This document shows positions 11,700 to 26,445 of a DNA stretch of 64,000 nt, piece after piece. Both the position numbers and the translations under genes were made by a program. Below the pieces are notes generated by a model. That model was not told where the DNA came from. It ran no database searches and was given only the letters and a program-made list of their open reading frames with translations. Position 1 is the stretch's first letter. The number at the start of each line of letters is the position of its first letter. The stretch lies in NCBI GenBank assembly GCA_964016885.1, contig OZ024741.1:15376001-15440000 (forward strand), written 5' to 3'. The stretch comes from Eledone cirrhosa (lineage: Eukaryota).

Positions 11700-12530
11700 G
11701 TAAGTGTGTATGTATGTATACGTACATACATATATGTATACAGACGTACAGTAGTAGGTATATATATACACACATGCACACATATATATATACACGTATC
11801 GGTTTACTGAACATTTATTATAATGCTCGGTTTGTTTGTTTGTAAACAAACAAACAGCCCGAATTACGCCGTACAGTGTTTAGGCAACCACGTCATCTTT
11901 TTGTTCAACACTGACACAGGAAGGATGTACTAGTTTCAAGCTTATTAGCTATCGTCAGCATCGTATACCTTCCTGCCAGACGGTTGAACGTCTGAAAGTG
12001 TATACTTTCCTTATGCATATTAACATACATACTTACATTTAAGTAAGTGCCGTACTAAGAGGGAGAAATGAAATTTCGTTTCATTCTATTCCATTTATCG
12101 TTTTTGGTGTGCCCGGCCGACTGAACTCACTCGATATGCAAATTAGGCTGCTCAGCCGTTAATATGCACAAGGAAAGTATATACTTTCAGACGTTCAACC
12201 ATCTGGCAGGAAGGTATACGATGCTGACAATAGCTAATAAGCTTGAAACTAGTACATCGTTCCTGTGTCAGTGTTGAACAAAGAAGTGACGTGGTTGCCT
12301 AAACACTGTACGGCTGTACGGGCTGTTTGTTTGTTTACAAACAAACAAACCAAGCATTATAACAAATGTTCGGTAAACCGATACGTGTATATATATATGT
12401 GTGCATGTATATATACCTACTACTGTACGTCTGTATACATATATGTATGTACGTATACATACATACATACTTACATTTAAGTAAGTGCCGTACTAAGAGT
12501 GAGAAATGAAATTTCGTTTCATTCTATTCC

Positions 12531-12535
<5 letters not shown>
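11695..12535. mobile_element. Family B retrozyme-like element: plus-strand unit 12025-12535 (period 438, ~72-bp terminal redundancy) with inverted arm 11695-12024
   Basis: aagtaagtgccgtactaagag at 12041 and 12479; 11695-12024 is the reverse complement of 12158-12479; HHR on both strands. Confidence 0.8.
11918..11974 (-). ncRNA. Minimal type I hammerhead (family B, intact core)
   Basis: gatg-CTGACGA-t-agct-aata-agct-t-GAAA-ctagTA-catc; palindromic ACTAGT stem III. The plus-strand copy at 12218-12260 has CTGACAA (G8A). Confidence 0.85.
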
Positions 12536-12583
<48 letters not shown>

Positions 12584-12611
12584 ATATATGTACATAATAT
12601 ATATATATATA

Positions 12612-12649
<38 letters not shown>

Positions 12650-12667
12650 GGAATAGAATGAAACGAA

Positions 12668-12738
<71 letters not shown>

Positions 12739-12744
12739 CATACA

Positions 12745-12778
<34 letters not shown>

Positions 12779-13019
12779 GCTGTCTGTTCAATCTCTTATT
12801 TATTTTATCCCTCCATTACCCGCCACCCCTGTTAATCAATTCTATAAAGAAGGGTTCAACATAACTTCCCTTCATAAATTTCCACTCTATCTCACGGGCG
12901 CCATCTTGTTCGCCATTTCCGTTTCCCCGCGTCCTCTCTCTGATACAATCAACCGCTAATAGTAACTTTGAATTTATCGAAATGATATCAATGGATTCGG
13001 GTAATTGTGGTGTTATTGG

Positions 13020-13245
13020 TTGTGGGGGTGGTAGTGGTGGTGGTGGTGGTGGTGGTGGTGGTGGTGGTGGTGGTGATCGTTGTAGTAGTGGTGGTGGTAG
13101 TGATGGTTGTGGTGGAGTTGGTTGTAGTACTGGTGGTTGTGGTGTAGGTGATGGTTGTGGTGGTGGTAGTGGTTGTAGTGGTAGTGGTAGTGGTTGTAGT
13201 GGTGGTGGTAGTGGTTTTAGCGGTGGTGGTGGTGGTTGTAGTGGT
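13020..13245. repeat. (GGT)n/GGTTGTAGT low-complexity repeat
   Basis: Direct reading. Confidence 0.9.
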
Positions 13246-13787
13246 ATCATTTGTAGTATCATTTTCATTTTATATTGCGATTAGTGTTAATAATAATAAT
13301 AATAATAATATGACGAAGAAGAAGAAGAAGAAGAAAAAGAAGAAGAAGACATTATACTTATTATAATCCGCCTCATTATTATTTTTGTATTATTTTCTTC
13401 AATCTTCAATCGTATTCGATTGATTTATTATCATTACCATATTGTGGTTGTTGTGCTTGTTGTTGTTGTATGTATTATTGTTGCTGTTGTTGCTGTTGTA
13501 GTTGTAGTTGTTGTTGTTGTTAGATCCGTATTGTTTATGTTCCTAATGTCTCTTCCACGCCATCTTTATCACTTCTCATTCTTCTCGTTTTCTCTCCCTA
13601 TCTCTCTTTCTTGTGTCTTTCATTTGATTGTTGATGAAGAGGACTCTAATCTCCTTCCTCCTTCTCCTCCCCCTCCTTCTCACCCTCACCCTCACCACCA
13701 TCATCATCATCATCATCATTCCTTTCAAAGCAGAACCGTCTGCTTCGTGTAAGGTTTTCCTTACGCAAAACCCTCATAGTCACTCCC

Positions 13788-13836
<49 letters not shown>

Positions 13837-13878
13837 AAATATATATATATATAGTAATAATAATAAATTAATCTGTTA

Positions 13879-14070
<192 letters not shown>

Positions 14071-14484
14071 GTATATATATATATAACACATATGTGTGTG
14101 TGTGTGTGTAGATACCCACGATATACATATATCCCACCCCCTACATGACCGTGATATGTAAAATCTTCTTTAATTCGCTTCATCCTTTGTTTACTGATCT
14201 ATTCCTCCTACCACATCTACTATCACCACCACCACCACCACCAACACCACCACCACTGCCTCCCACCATCACCACCACCACCAACACCACCACCACTGCT
14301 TCCCACCACCACCTAATATCACCACGACCACCACTGCCTCTCACCACCACCACCACTGCCTCCCCCCATCACCCCCCCCATTCGTCTTACCAGAAACACT
14401 AACATGACAACCACAACCATCCCATAGTTACTGCTACATGGTTATCTCCTCTGGTAGAAATAGCAGCCCCATATTTCACCCTTA

Positions 14485-14867
14485 AATAATTGTTTCTAAT
14501 TTGGGAACAAGACCAGCAATTACCCTAGTGCATTACTGGTACTTTATTTTATCGACCCCGTAAGGATGAAAGGCAAAGTTAACCTCGACGAGATTTGAAC
14601 TCAAACCGTAAAGGGACGCAACTATGCTAGAAAGCATGGCGTCCAACCCTCTACTGATACTGCCAATCCACCGCCAAAATAATTGTTTCTACTTTAGGCA
14701 CAAGGCCAGCAATTATCCAGTGCATTACTGGTACTTTATTTTATCGACCCCGTAAGGATGAAAGGCAAAGTCAACCTCGGCGGGATTTGAACTCAGATCG
14801 TAAAGGGACGTAACTATGCTGGAAAGCATGGCGTCCGACCCTCTACCGATACTGCCAATCCACCGGC
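14485..14867 (-). mobile_element. Tandem pair of tRNA-derived SINEs (14485-14675, 14678-14867)
   Basis: Two head-to-tail reverse-complement copies of the 2024-2211 SINE. Confidence 0.8.
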
Positions 14868-15044
14868 CAAAATAATGAAAGAACATTAGTACTCAATATT
14901 CCATTAAAAGACGAGATGGTCAAATCTGGAATTTCTTTGATCTACTGGATCAGTGTTGAGTTGGGGCTAAACAATATGTATTAATCCCACCACGACCATC
15001 ACCACCAAAGAGAAAGTAAAATGATATAAAGAGAGGATATAAAG

Positions 15045-15237
15045 TAGAGTGAGAGATAGTAGAGAGAAGTAGAGAGTGAGAGAGAGAGAGTTGGAAAAGA
15101 GTGAGGGAGAGTTGGGAGAATTAGAGAGTGAGAGAGTGAGAGTGAGAGAGAGGGGGGGAGAGAGGGGGAGAGAGAGAGTTGGGTGAAGTAGAGAGTGAGA
15201 GAGAGAGAGTTGGAAGAAATAGAGAGTGAGAGAAGTA

Positions 15238-15268
<31 letters not shown>

Positions 15269-15395
15269 TTGAAAAAGAGTGAGGGAGAGTTGGGAGAAGT
15301 ATAGAGTGAAAGAGAGAGAGAGGGAGAGAGAGCGAGAGAGAGAGAGTTGGGTGAAGTAGAAAGAGAGAGAGAGAGAGGAGGGTAAGGGAGAGTGG
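15045..15395. repeat. GA-rich polypurine minisatellite
   Basis: Recurring GAGAGTTGGG(T/A)GAAGTAGAGAGTGAGAGA units. Confidence 0.85.
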
Positions 15396-16554
15396 GAACG
15401 TTAAATCTCTCCAAAGATAGAACGATGAAACGAATGAAAGAAGGAGAAAATAGAAAAGAAAGAAAGAATGAATGATAGATGTCGGGGTGGAGGAGGGGGT
15501 AGATATGTGTGTAGGGAGTATTGCGTGCATATTGTGTTAGGGACTCTGTGTGTGTGTGTGGTGTGTTTGGGTGTGTGTTTATGGTGCATATTGTGTGAGG
15601 GACTCTGTGTGTGTGTGTGTGGTGTGTGTGTGTTTATGGGGCCTATATTGTTTAAGGGATTGTGTGAGTGTGTGTTTGTGCACGTATGTAGAGATAGTAT
15701 GTGAATATATATGTGAAAGTTTGCGTAAAGATTTCTATGTGTATGTGTTTTCTAAGAGACTGTTTGTTAATGCATGTGTATGTATCTGCATCTGTATTTG
15801 TGTGGGTATATTTATGTGTATATATATATATATGTATATGTGTGTGTGTGTGTGCATCTGTATTTCTATGGGTATGTTTATATGTGTGTGTGTGTTTGTG
15901 TGAGAGAATAAGTGATTGTGTGGGAAAAAGCGATTGAGTGAATGTATGTGTGTGGATGTCTGTGAATGTGTGTGTGAATGTGTGTGTGAATGTGTTTATG
16001 TATGTATGTGTGTGAATGTGTGTGATGTGGGACCAATTTAAGATAAGGGACTCCCAGAGAAACCGTTTAGCTTTTGTGAACTTTAATGGCGGAACATAGA
16101 AAGGCGAATATATAAAAACAATAAATAAAAAAATGGAAGCCGAAAATCAAGATGGCTGACCGATTCAGCCCCCTTTTTTCTCCCTATTTAGACCGTTATC
16201 TTGTCGGCAATATGGCGTCCGACGGAACTGCCCCACCACCACCACCACCACTGTTATGAGGTGGTGGTGGAGGTGGAGGATGTGAGATGTTATAAAACAT
16301 GATACTAAGACGTTTTATAATGGGACTTCAATTGGCTGAGGTTGTTGTTATATATATAGTTGTAGTAGTGGTGGTGGGGGTGGAGAGTATGCTACTGACG
16401 GAGGTATCGGGGCTGGGGAGGTGGGAATGGTAGTAGTGGTGGTGGTAGCTTTAGTAGGGATAGTAATATTGGTGGTTCTGGTGGTAGCATTAGCAGGGGT
16501 AGTAATGGTGGTGATGCTAGTAGAAGATAGTGGTATCAGGACTGGGAGGCTGGT

Positions 16555-16678
16555 AGTGACATGGCTCTCTGTTTAAGGTGTTCGATTCACAATCCCGTGG
16601 TTTCAGGTTCAATACCACTGTGTGTTGACCAATCGCTTGTGAGTGAAATTTGGGAGACGGAAAATGTAGAAGCCCGTC
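16555..16678 (+). mobile_element. SINE-like fragment
   Basis: tRNA-like head (TGGCTC..TTAAG..GGTTCAATACC) and body shared with 2222-2555. Confidence 0.5.
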
Positions 16679-16719
16679 ATATATATATATATATATATAT
16701 ATATCTTCATATATATATA

Positions 16720-17033
16720 GAACCATAACGCACCAGAGTACTCTATACTTAGGGTAGTAGAGTGAGTAATAGGGAAAAGTATGACCCGACGGCAGAGCTC
16801 AAGTCGTTTCGACGCCTATTTCTGGACAGAGTCCAGAAATCAGCTGAGGTTGTTGTTATATATATATAGTTGTAGTGGTGGTGGTGGTGGACAGAATCCA
16901 GAAATAGCCGTCGAAACGGCTTGAGCTCTGCCGTCGGGGTCATACTTTTCCCTATTACTCATTCTACTACCCTAAGTATAGAGTACTCTGGTGCGTTATG
17001 GTTCATCTGGTTCCTTACCACATTTCCTTCGTT
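16720..17033. mobile_element. Family C hairpin insertion (arms 16720-16826 / 16897-17004, ~30-bp tail)
   Basis: Visible inverted arms; 3' half of an HHR at the junction (gga-cagaa-tcc-a-GAAA-tagccgTC); solo minus copy at 18177-18316. Confidence 0.75.
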
Positions 17034-17048
17034 ATATATATATATCGG

Positions 17049-17165
17049 CAGTATTCCGATGATTTGATCAGAGACACGTACACTGTATTTAAGGTCGAGT
17101 GACGCAATCTCGAGTGATTAGCGACCTTTAGACTCACCTCATCAATGAAATAATTGTTAATACTG
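17049..17165 (+). ncRNA. Type I hammerhead with long stem II (family J, element 17046-17217)
   Basis: Stem I cagtatt/aatactg (7 bp); CCGATGA; ~85-nt stem II (ttgat/atcaa, aaggtcg/cgacctt); GAAA-taattgTT; then AATAAA, tail, (TA)n. Confidence 0.7.
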
Positions 17166-17212
17166 TAAATAAAACCCTTTTTGTACAGCCGACCATGTTA
17201 TTCTTCACTCTT

Positions 17213-17259
<47 letters not shown>

Positions 17260-17556
17260 GTATACTCACAACCAAGCTATAAGCAGAGAAGGATGGACAG
17301 AGAAATGAACTCTCTTCCTGAATGAACATGTATGTGAAAATGAATTTTTCTTCTCCTTTTTATTTTCATTTTCTTCATTATTATTATTATCACTATTTGT
17401 ACAAATATGCAATTTAACAGTATTCTGCATATCCGCAATTGACAATGCATTTAATGCTGAAACCGGTAGTGTAAATAAATTAATGTTTCGATATCTCACT
17501 GAAAAGATCTCTTCAACATTTTTCTACTGAAAGCATCTTTTTCCTTTCTACTGTTT

Positions 17557-18130
<574 letters not shown>

Positions 18131-18176
18131 CAAAGATCGGAAATAAGAGTATTCCGCTGTTATATATATATATATA

Positions 18177-18316
18177 TAACGAAGGAAATGTGGTAAGGAA
18201 CCAGATGGACCATAACGCACCAAAGTACTCAATACTTAGGGTAGTAGAGTGGGTAATAGGAACGAGTAGGACCCCGACGGCTGAGCTCAAGCTGTTTCGA
18301 CGGCTAATTCTGATTG
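18177..18316 (-). mobile_element. Family C solo fragment
   Basis: Reverse complement of ~16897-17033 with substitutions; abuts (TA)n. Confidence 0.75.
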
Positions 18317-18584
18317 CGCGCGCACGCACAACACACACACATCAGCATTGAACCAGTTTTAAACTCGTTACACCATTATTCAACAGCGTATCCGATATTT
18401 GGTACAGTAGAGTATGGCTATGCTAGAAGGAGTGTGGGTCCGACAGATGAGCTCTTGCCTTTTCAGCAGATAGTTCCAGACTGAAATGTCAAATATTTCT
18501 ATATATAGTATGGCGTTAACCAGGGATGTGTGGACCAGTGTTGTCTTCTGGAGAACTCGGGTTATCATAACTGAGAGTCCTACA

Positions 18585-19400
18585 ATGGTGGTGGTGGTGG
18601 TGGTGGTGGTGGCGGTGGTTGTAGTGGTGATGGTTGTAGTGGTTGTAGTGGTGATGGTTGTGGTTGTAGTGGTGGTGGTGGTGGTTGTAGTGGTGGTGGT
18701 GGTGGTGGTGGTGGCGGTGGTTGTAGTGGTGATGGTTGTAGTGGTTGTAGTGGTGATGGTTGTGGTTGTAGTGGTGGTGGTGGTGGTGGTGGTGGTGGTG
18801 ATGGTTGTAGTGGTTGTAGTGGTGATGGTTGTAGTGGTTGTAGTGGTGATGGTTGTAGTGGTTGTAGTGGTGATGGTTGTAGTGGTTGTAGTGGTGATGG
18901 TTGTAGTGGTTGTAGTGGTGATGGTTGTGGTTGTAGTGGTGATGGTTGTAGTGGTTGTAGTGGTGATGGTTGTGGTTGTAGTGGTGATGGTTGTGGTTGT
19001 AGTGGTGATGGTTGTGGTTGTAGTGGTGATGGTTGTGGTTGTAGTGGTGATGGTTGGGGTTGTAGTGGTGATGGTTGTAGTGGTTGTAGTGGTGATGGTT
19101 GTGGTTGTAGTGGTGATGGTTGTGGTTGTAGTGGTGATGGTTGTAGTGGTTGTAGTGGTGATGGTTGTAGTGGTTGTAGTGGTGATGGTTGTGGTTGTAG
19201 TAGTGATGGTTGTAGTGGTTGTAGTGGTGATGGTTGTAGTGGTGAAGGTTGTAGTAGTGATGGGTGTAGTGGCGGTGGTGTGATTGTAGTAGCGATGGTT
19301 CTGGTGGTGATAGTAGTGGTGATAGTGGTGGTGGTGGTAATGGTTCTGGTGGTGCTGGTGGTGGTGGTGATAGCTGTAGTAGTGGTGGTGGTGGTGGTGT
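18585..19400. repeat. GTGGTGATGGTTGTA-type minisatellite (21/24-bp units)
   Basis: Direct reading; produces the poly-Val and His/Tyr/Asn pseudo-ORFs. Confidence 0.9.
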
Positions 19401-20442
19401 GGTTGTATTCAAAACAAGAAGTAACAGTAAGAAGCTATTTAAAAACCACTCCAACGTTGGAAAGTCTGGAGTTAGTGTGAGGTGGAAGGGGGTTGGTGGG
19501 GGTGTTGTTGGAGGGGGGGGGGGGAGATCGTTGAAACAATATGGCACCATAAATAGGGAGGGGTAAGTTGATCGTGTTGATGATGGTGGTATACATAACT
19601 GCGGTGATTAGTTGTGTATGTGGCAGTGTGGTTGGTGACGGTGGTGGTGTTGGTGGTGGTGGTGGTAGTAATGGTGACGGTGGTGGTGTTGGTGGTGGTA
19701 GTGTGGTTGGTGACGGTGGTGGTGGTGGTGCATATGACACTGATGGTAGTGGTGTTGGTGGTGGTAGTGTGGTTGGTGATGGTAATGTTGTTGTTGTTGG
19801 TGGTGGTGGTGATAATGGTTGGTGGTGGAGATGTTGATGGTGATTGATATGAAACTTGTGGTAGTGGTGTTGTTGATGTTTGTGGTGATGGTGATGCTGG
19901 TGGCACTAGGGAATGCCGTTAGAGCTGGTGGTAATAGTGATGATGGTGGTGGTGGTGGTGGTGGTGGTGGTGGTGGTGGTGGTGATGGTGGTGGTGGCGG
20001 TAGGGTGACATAGGGTGACGTGGAGTGGTGTCACTGGTGGATGCCCTTGTTGTTGTTGTTGTTGGTGGTGGTCCTGCTGCTGGTGGGATGACATGGGTGT
20101 TGGTGGTGTTGGTGGTGTTGGTGGTGGTGGTGGGGGGGGACACGGATGGTGATGGTGGTGGTGGTAAAGTTAGTAATAGACAGCAGATTGTGTTCTAACG
20201 TACTTAGATGTAATCATCATTTAAAGACTGAGTATTTCGTCTTGCCATGTCCCAGCTTAGAGGAAGAACTTTTCTAATGAGTCTATTTGACAATATGGCG
20301 GTCGACAATATGGCGTCTGATTATGGCGTCTGATACTGGGTGATGGTGGATGGGGAGTGAAGGGCAGTAATGGCAAACAGGGGTTGAAAGGGAGCGAAGG
20401 TATCCCTTTTGATTGCCGAAGGTTTTCAGAGCTACTCCACCC

Positions 20443-20982
20443 TTCACACTCCACACTCCACACTCCACACTCCACACTCTACACTCAACATTCTACACTC
20501 CACACTCCACACTCCACACTCTACACTCAACACTCCACATTCCACATTCCACACTCCACACTCTACACTCCACACTCCACACTCCACACTCCACACTCCA
20601 CACTCTGCACTCCACACTCAACACTCCACACTCCACACTCTACACTCTCCACTCAACACTCCACACTCTACATTCCACACTTCACACTCAACACTCCACA
20701 CTCCACACTCCACACTCCACACTCTACACTCCACACTCCACACTCCATACTCTGCACTCCACACTCAACACTCCACACTCCACACTCTACACTCTCCACT
20801 CAACACTCCACACTCTACATTCCACACTTCACACTCCACACTCCACATTCCACACTCTACACTCCACACACCACATTCTACACTCCACACTCTCCACTCC
20901 ACACACCACACTCCACACCCTACACTCCACACTCCACACTCTACACTCTCCACTCTCCACTCCACACACCACACTCCACACT
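20443..20982. repeat. (CACTCCA)n heptamer array
   Basis: Direct reading; HSTLHTP in all three frames. Confidence 0.95.
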
Positions 20983-21212
20983 GCCATCTCCAGTTTCACA
21001 GTCTCACCATTTCACATCTTTACCCTTTATCTATGTCAATTGTGTCACCTTAACCATTTATCTTACTCCTTCTTCTCTCCTATCTCATTCCCTTCCGTCT
21101 ATTCTAACGTCTCTCGTCCACCAGTCACATGCACCAACTTTCCAAATAGATTACTCTCCTCAATGGCCGGCTTTCAACCTGGCATCTTATAATCCCAATT
21201 CACTTCTAAACT

Positions 21213-21494
21213 AACCCAGGTTCTGCTGCACCAGGTCGGGCTGAGGAGGCCAAACACTTCAAATACCGGTCACTCCCCGACAGGTTTGCGGTTGTACCCT
21301 TGGCAGAGGAGATTTCTGGTGTCCTCGGCCCTAGGGCTACCTCCCTACCCACCACCACAGGCGCTGAGCTGGCCAGCCGCAGGTGTGAGCTTCGCGAGCT
21401 GGAATGGCTTTTCCAGCGCGTCTCCCTTGCCGTCCTCCGGGGAAACGCCTTCTCCATTCTGTCCGCCGGGGCTGTGGGGAGGCCACCAATATGA
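21213..21494 (+). mobile_element. CRE-clade non-LTR retrotransposon C-terminal RLE fragment
   Basis: NPGSAAPGRAEEAKHFKYRSLPDRFAVVPLAEEISGVLGPRA..RELEWLFQRVSLAVLRGNAFSIL: AE-xx-K-xx-KY, P-x-A-x-E-xx-G and QR-x-S-x-A-xx-RGNA motifs. Confidence 0.75.
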
Positions 21495-21883
21495 TTGACT
21501 GACTTGTCATTATATCAGTCAGAGGTTTTTAGACATTATTAAGCAAATGAGATGAAAAGATATCTTCGTCTATATATGGAATTTAGTCGTTATAGTTGGT
21601 TTGAAACAACAGTCTTCAGAAATCCATGAGTCTGATAACGTTTCGAGATCTTCACACTCGCATCGTCAGAATAATGTTTAGTATGTGAGCAATAAGCCAC
21701 TAATATGATATTCCTATTATGTAGGTATAACGATAAAGACGTCAAAGATTTAATATACATATGAATTTACGTACGTTGATTTATATAATGAAGCCATGTT
21801 GGAAGAGGGACATAATCAACTTCTTTGACTGCACGCACGCACACACATACACACACACACACGTACACACACACACACACACA

Positions 21884-22012
<129 letters not shown>

Positions 22013-22058
22013 ATATGTATGTATGTATGTGTATATATTTATGTGTGTGTGTGTGTAC

Positions 22059-22292
22059 AGGGTAAAAACCCGCTTCGGATGACCATGGGATTTCTACCTA
22101 GAAAGTTCCCCTCAGAGGCACAAGTCCGGGCAAAATTGTTTGTAGAAGACCAACAGTCGCCCACACATACAGTCACCCTTCCCCATGCCACCAAGGTTGT
22201 CCAAGGGAAAGGTAATAACCGATACAGCTTGGCACCAGTGACGTCACAATTCATTTTTACAGCTGAGTAAACTGGTGCAACGTGAAATAAGC
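22059..22292 (-). mobile_element. Probable SINE/LINE-tail fragment
   Basis: Minus strand CACGTTGCACCAGTTTACTCAGCTGTAAAAATG resembles conserved SINE core domains; single copy in the window. Confidence 0.35.
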
Positions 22293-22499
22293 TGACGATT
22301 GGAAGCCGATCGCTCCATCCTCTGCCTGCAGTTCTCTGGCTACAACCTAACAGACGGAATCAATATGTACAAAGCAGCAATGTCTAAATTCATAACTATT
22401 ATGGAGAATGTTGTGAGATATAATATAACCATACTCTACTACACCAAGTATTGAGTACCCTGTTGAGTGATGGTCTCACTAGTTTCAGACTGAACCCAT

Positions 22500-23902
<1,403 letters not shown>

Positions 23903-23905
23903 TAT

Positions 23906-24311
23906 AAATCAAGAAAGAAGAGTGACACGGTTTGCTATACAAAAAAGGTTTTTAATCACATTGATGACAATTTCGCTAGCTCTGATGAATTGACTGGTTA
24001 CAACTATGTATTGGTGATCGAATGACGCGAAAACAGGCGGGTAGCGATCTCTAGACCTACCAGTTCAGAGAAACAATTGTCAGCAATGTGAATAAAGCCC
24101 TTATTGTATAGCAAACCGTGTCACTCTTCTTTCCTGATTTATCATTACTCCAAGTGTAAACAACATAAAAATCCCCGCGTACTCGCAACATCACTATGGA
24201 AATGCCTTGTTGAGTCAAACTTAGCCAAGCGTTGATACCATCCACTGCTCGGAGTACCCTAACTGGACTACACCTAAGTGGACTACCTATAACAATAATC
24301 TGTTATCCCGT
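23906..24311. mobile_element. Family E hairpin insertion (arms ~23906-23972 / ~24074-24140, ~170-bp tail) with degenerate HHR 23973-24047
   Basis: aaatcaagaaagaagagtgacacggtttgctataca is inverted at 24105-24140; tcgctagct-CTGATGA..GAAA..gggtagcga; cleavage triplet not intact. Confidence 0.6.
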
Positions 24312-24322
24312 ATATATATATA

Positions 24323-24520
24323 GTAATAATAATAAATTTGAAGACTAAAATCCAAGGAGGGCTCGATAAGGATAAATATATATCAAATATATAAGAACCT
24401 TAGAGCAAATATTTATTAAAATAACAGATTAAAGTTTAAGCAAAGAGTTTCAGAAGATCCCGTTAAGGGTGAAAGCACTGATTCTTTGCTTAAACTTTAA
24501 TCTGTTATTTTAATAAATAT
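24323..24520. mobile_element. Family A short hairpin insertion (minus tail 24323-24445, plus HHR arm 24446-24520)
   Basis: Matches 4506-4666 in two orientations. Confidence 0.8.
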
Positions 24521-24603
24521 ATATATATATATAGATAAATATACACTGGTGTGTATGATTGTGTATAGAAGATTATATTAATAAAAGGAATTCCAACTTT
24601 GTC

Positions 24604-24656
<53 letters not shown>

Positions 24657-24687
24657 GCATATATATATGTATATATATACGTATATA

Positions 24688-24723
<36 letters not shown>

Positions 24724-24729
<6 letters not shown>

Positions 24730-25275
24730 TATACTTAGGGAGGGTCATATTTGTGTAATATTGCCAGAATTAATAATAGAACACACTCACATACACAAGC
24801 ACAATAACCAATACACAGTCACCCAAACAAGAACACACATCAAACAAACTATATACACACATGCAAACGCATGCGCAGATAAGACAAAAAAATAAACAAA
24901 TAAATAAATAAATAAATAAATAAACAGACTAAATAACGATGGCGTAGGCATTCAATGCAACGGGGGGAAACATAATAGCACCACTGACGATGTTGCAGAT
25001 GTGCAACGAAAGAACTTTGATAGACCATATATATGTGTTTGAGTCTATATTGTATTTGTATTTTTGACTGTTGGTCAGTCAATGGTAACATTGAGGACCG
25101 AATAAATTAAATTAACCGATATAAAAGACACAGAAGCGAAAACCAACCAAACAGTGAGTGTGTTCTGTTATTAATTCTGGCAATATTACACAAATATGAC
25201 CCTCCTCAAGTATAACAATATTTGTTTCGACACACGATTTCATATCAAAAACCTCGTAAAACTAATTCATCGCCG

Positions 25276-25277
<2 letters not shown>
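24724..25277. mobile_element. Family I hairpin insertion (arms 24724-24790 / 25154-25220, ~55-bp tail) with HHR ~24979-25022 (+)
   Basis: CTGACGA-t-gttgca-gatg-tgcaac-GAAA-gaacTT; AATAAA at ~25101; visible inverted arms; stem I is weak. Confidence 0.7.
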
Positions 25278-25304
<27 letters not shown>

Positions 25305-25315
<11 letters not shown>

Positions 25316-26182
25316 GTATCTGTGTGTGTCTGTGTGTCTGTATATTACCTATAGGGGCCTACATCTTACGACTGATTTTCATGAAACTTTACAGGCTCAT
25401 AGATTAGTCATCGGGGAGTGTTTTCTATATATATCAGCGTATCGTTTTTTTTTTTATTCCGGGGTCATTCTGCAGAAAAAAATCAATAGGGGAGGTCACC
25501 TTTTTTTAGGTATCGAAAAATAAGATTTTTGGCTCTAGCTCCCACATTTTGCCACCGATTTCGTTCAAATTTTAGAGCAAAATAGAATTTATCATTGTAC
25601 ATCCTGTAATTGCTTTATATTTTGCGTTTGTTGTTCACGGACGGCGTGGCAGCCGCTTAAATATTCAAAAATACCACTTTTAGACTAAAATTTCCACTTT
25701 TTCGGCTTTAGCTCCCACATTAATCAACCTACTTTGTTCAAATTTAACACTACGCTAGATCTGATTATTTCACGTTTTAGAATGGCTTTACATTTTGGAT
25801 GTTTTGTTCGGGAACGGCGTGGGAGCCGCTTAAATGTTCGAAAATACCACCTTTTCGCACAAATTTCCGCCTTTTCGGCTCTAGCTCCCACATTTTTCAA
25901 CCGATTTCGTTCAAATTCGAAACTCTCACCTCCAGCATGCCCCTGCGTCAGTCACCCGCGTTTCTCAGTGATAGAGGTCATCACTACCTCCCTGTGTGTG
26001 GCTATAGATGAGTCATCGGGAAGCAGTCGCTAAGATCAACACCTTTTAATCAAAGCAGATATTATTTTCCTTACGGGGTCGATAAAATAAAGTACCAGTA
26101 ATGCACTGGGTAATTGCTGGCCTTATGCCTAAAGTAGAAGCAATTATTTTACCTACCCAGGCAATGCTGGGTACTGATGCTA

Positions 26183-26183
<1 letters not shown>
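25305..26183 (+). mobile_element. Non-autonomous Helitron-like element with internal 173-bp repeats and a SINE fragment (26065-26148)
   Basis: 3' hairpin ACCCAGGCAATGCTGGGT then CTAG|T at 26180-83; ggct(c/t)tagctcccacatt at 25531, 25704 and 25877; 5' boundary approximate. Confidence 0.6.
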
Positions 26184-26243
<60 letters not shown>

Positions 26244-26445
26244 CATATGTGTGTGTATATATATGTATATGTATATACACACACAAATACATATATGTGT
26301 GTATGTATATATATATATATTATCCTGAGTCGGTTTCCTCGTTGCTTTAGTCCCTGTGGCTGGCTTACCGGTCGCAATCTTCAATTTACCAAGCTGTCTA
26401 AACCTAATGTTATTACTCTGAGGTAAAATAGCTTATTGAGTGCTT

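Noticed and set aside
18345-19550. His/Asn/Tyr-rich 344-aa and poly-Val 265-aa ORFs, possible exon near 18380-18480
   Set aside because: Repeat-driven; the unique part has no recognisable domain.
20443-20982. Telomere-like array
   Set aside because: TGGAGTG heptamer is not TTAGGG and is interstitial.
21631-21675. Minus-strand CTGACGA..gag..ctc-GAAA-cgtTA hammerhead-like core
   Set aside because: Boxes are present but stem I does not pair; possibly a decayed HHR, not called.
22465-22502. Minus-strand GAAACTAGT half-hammerhead next to (TA)n
   Set aside because: No CUGANGA box and the cleavage triplet is GUG; insufficient.
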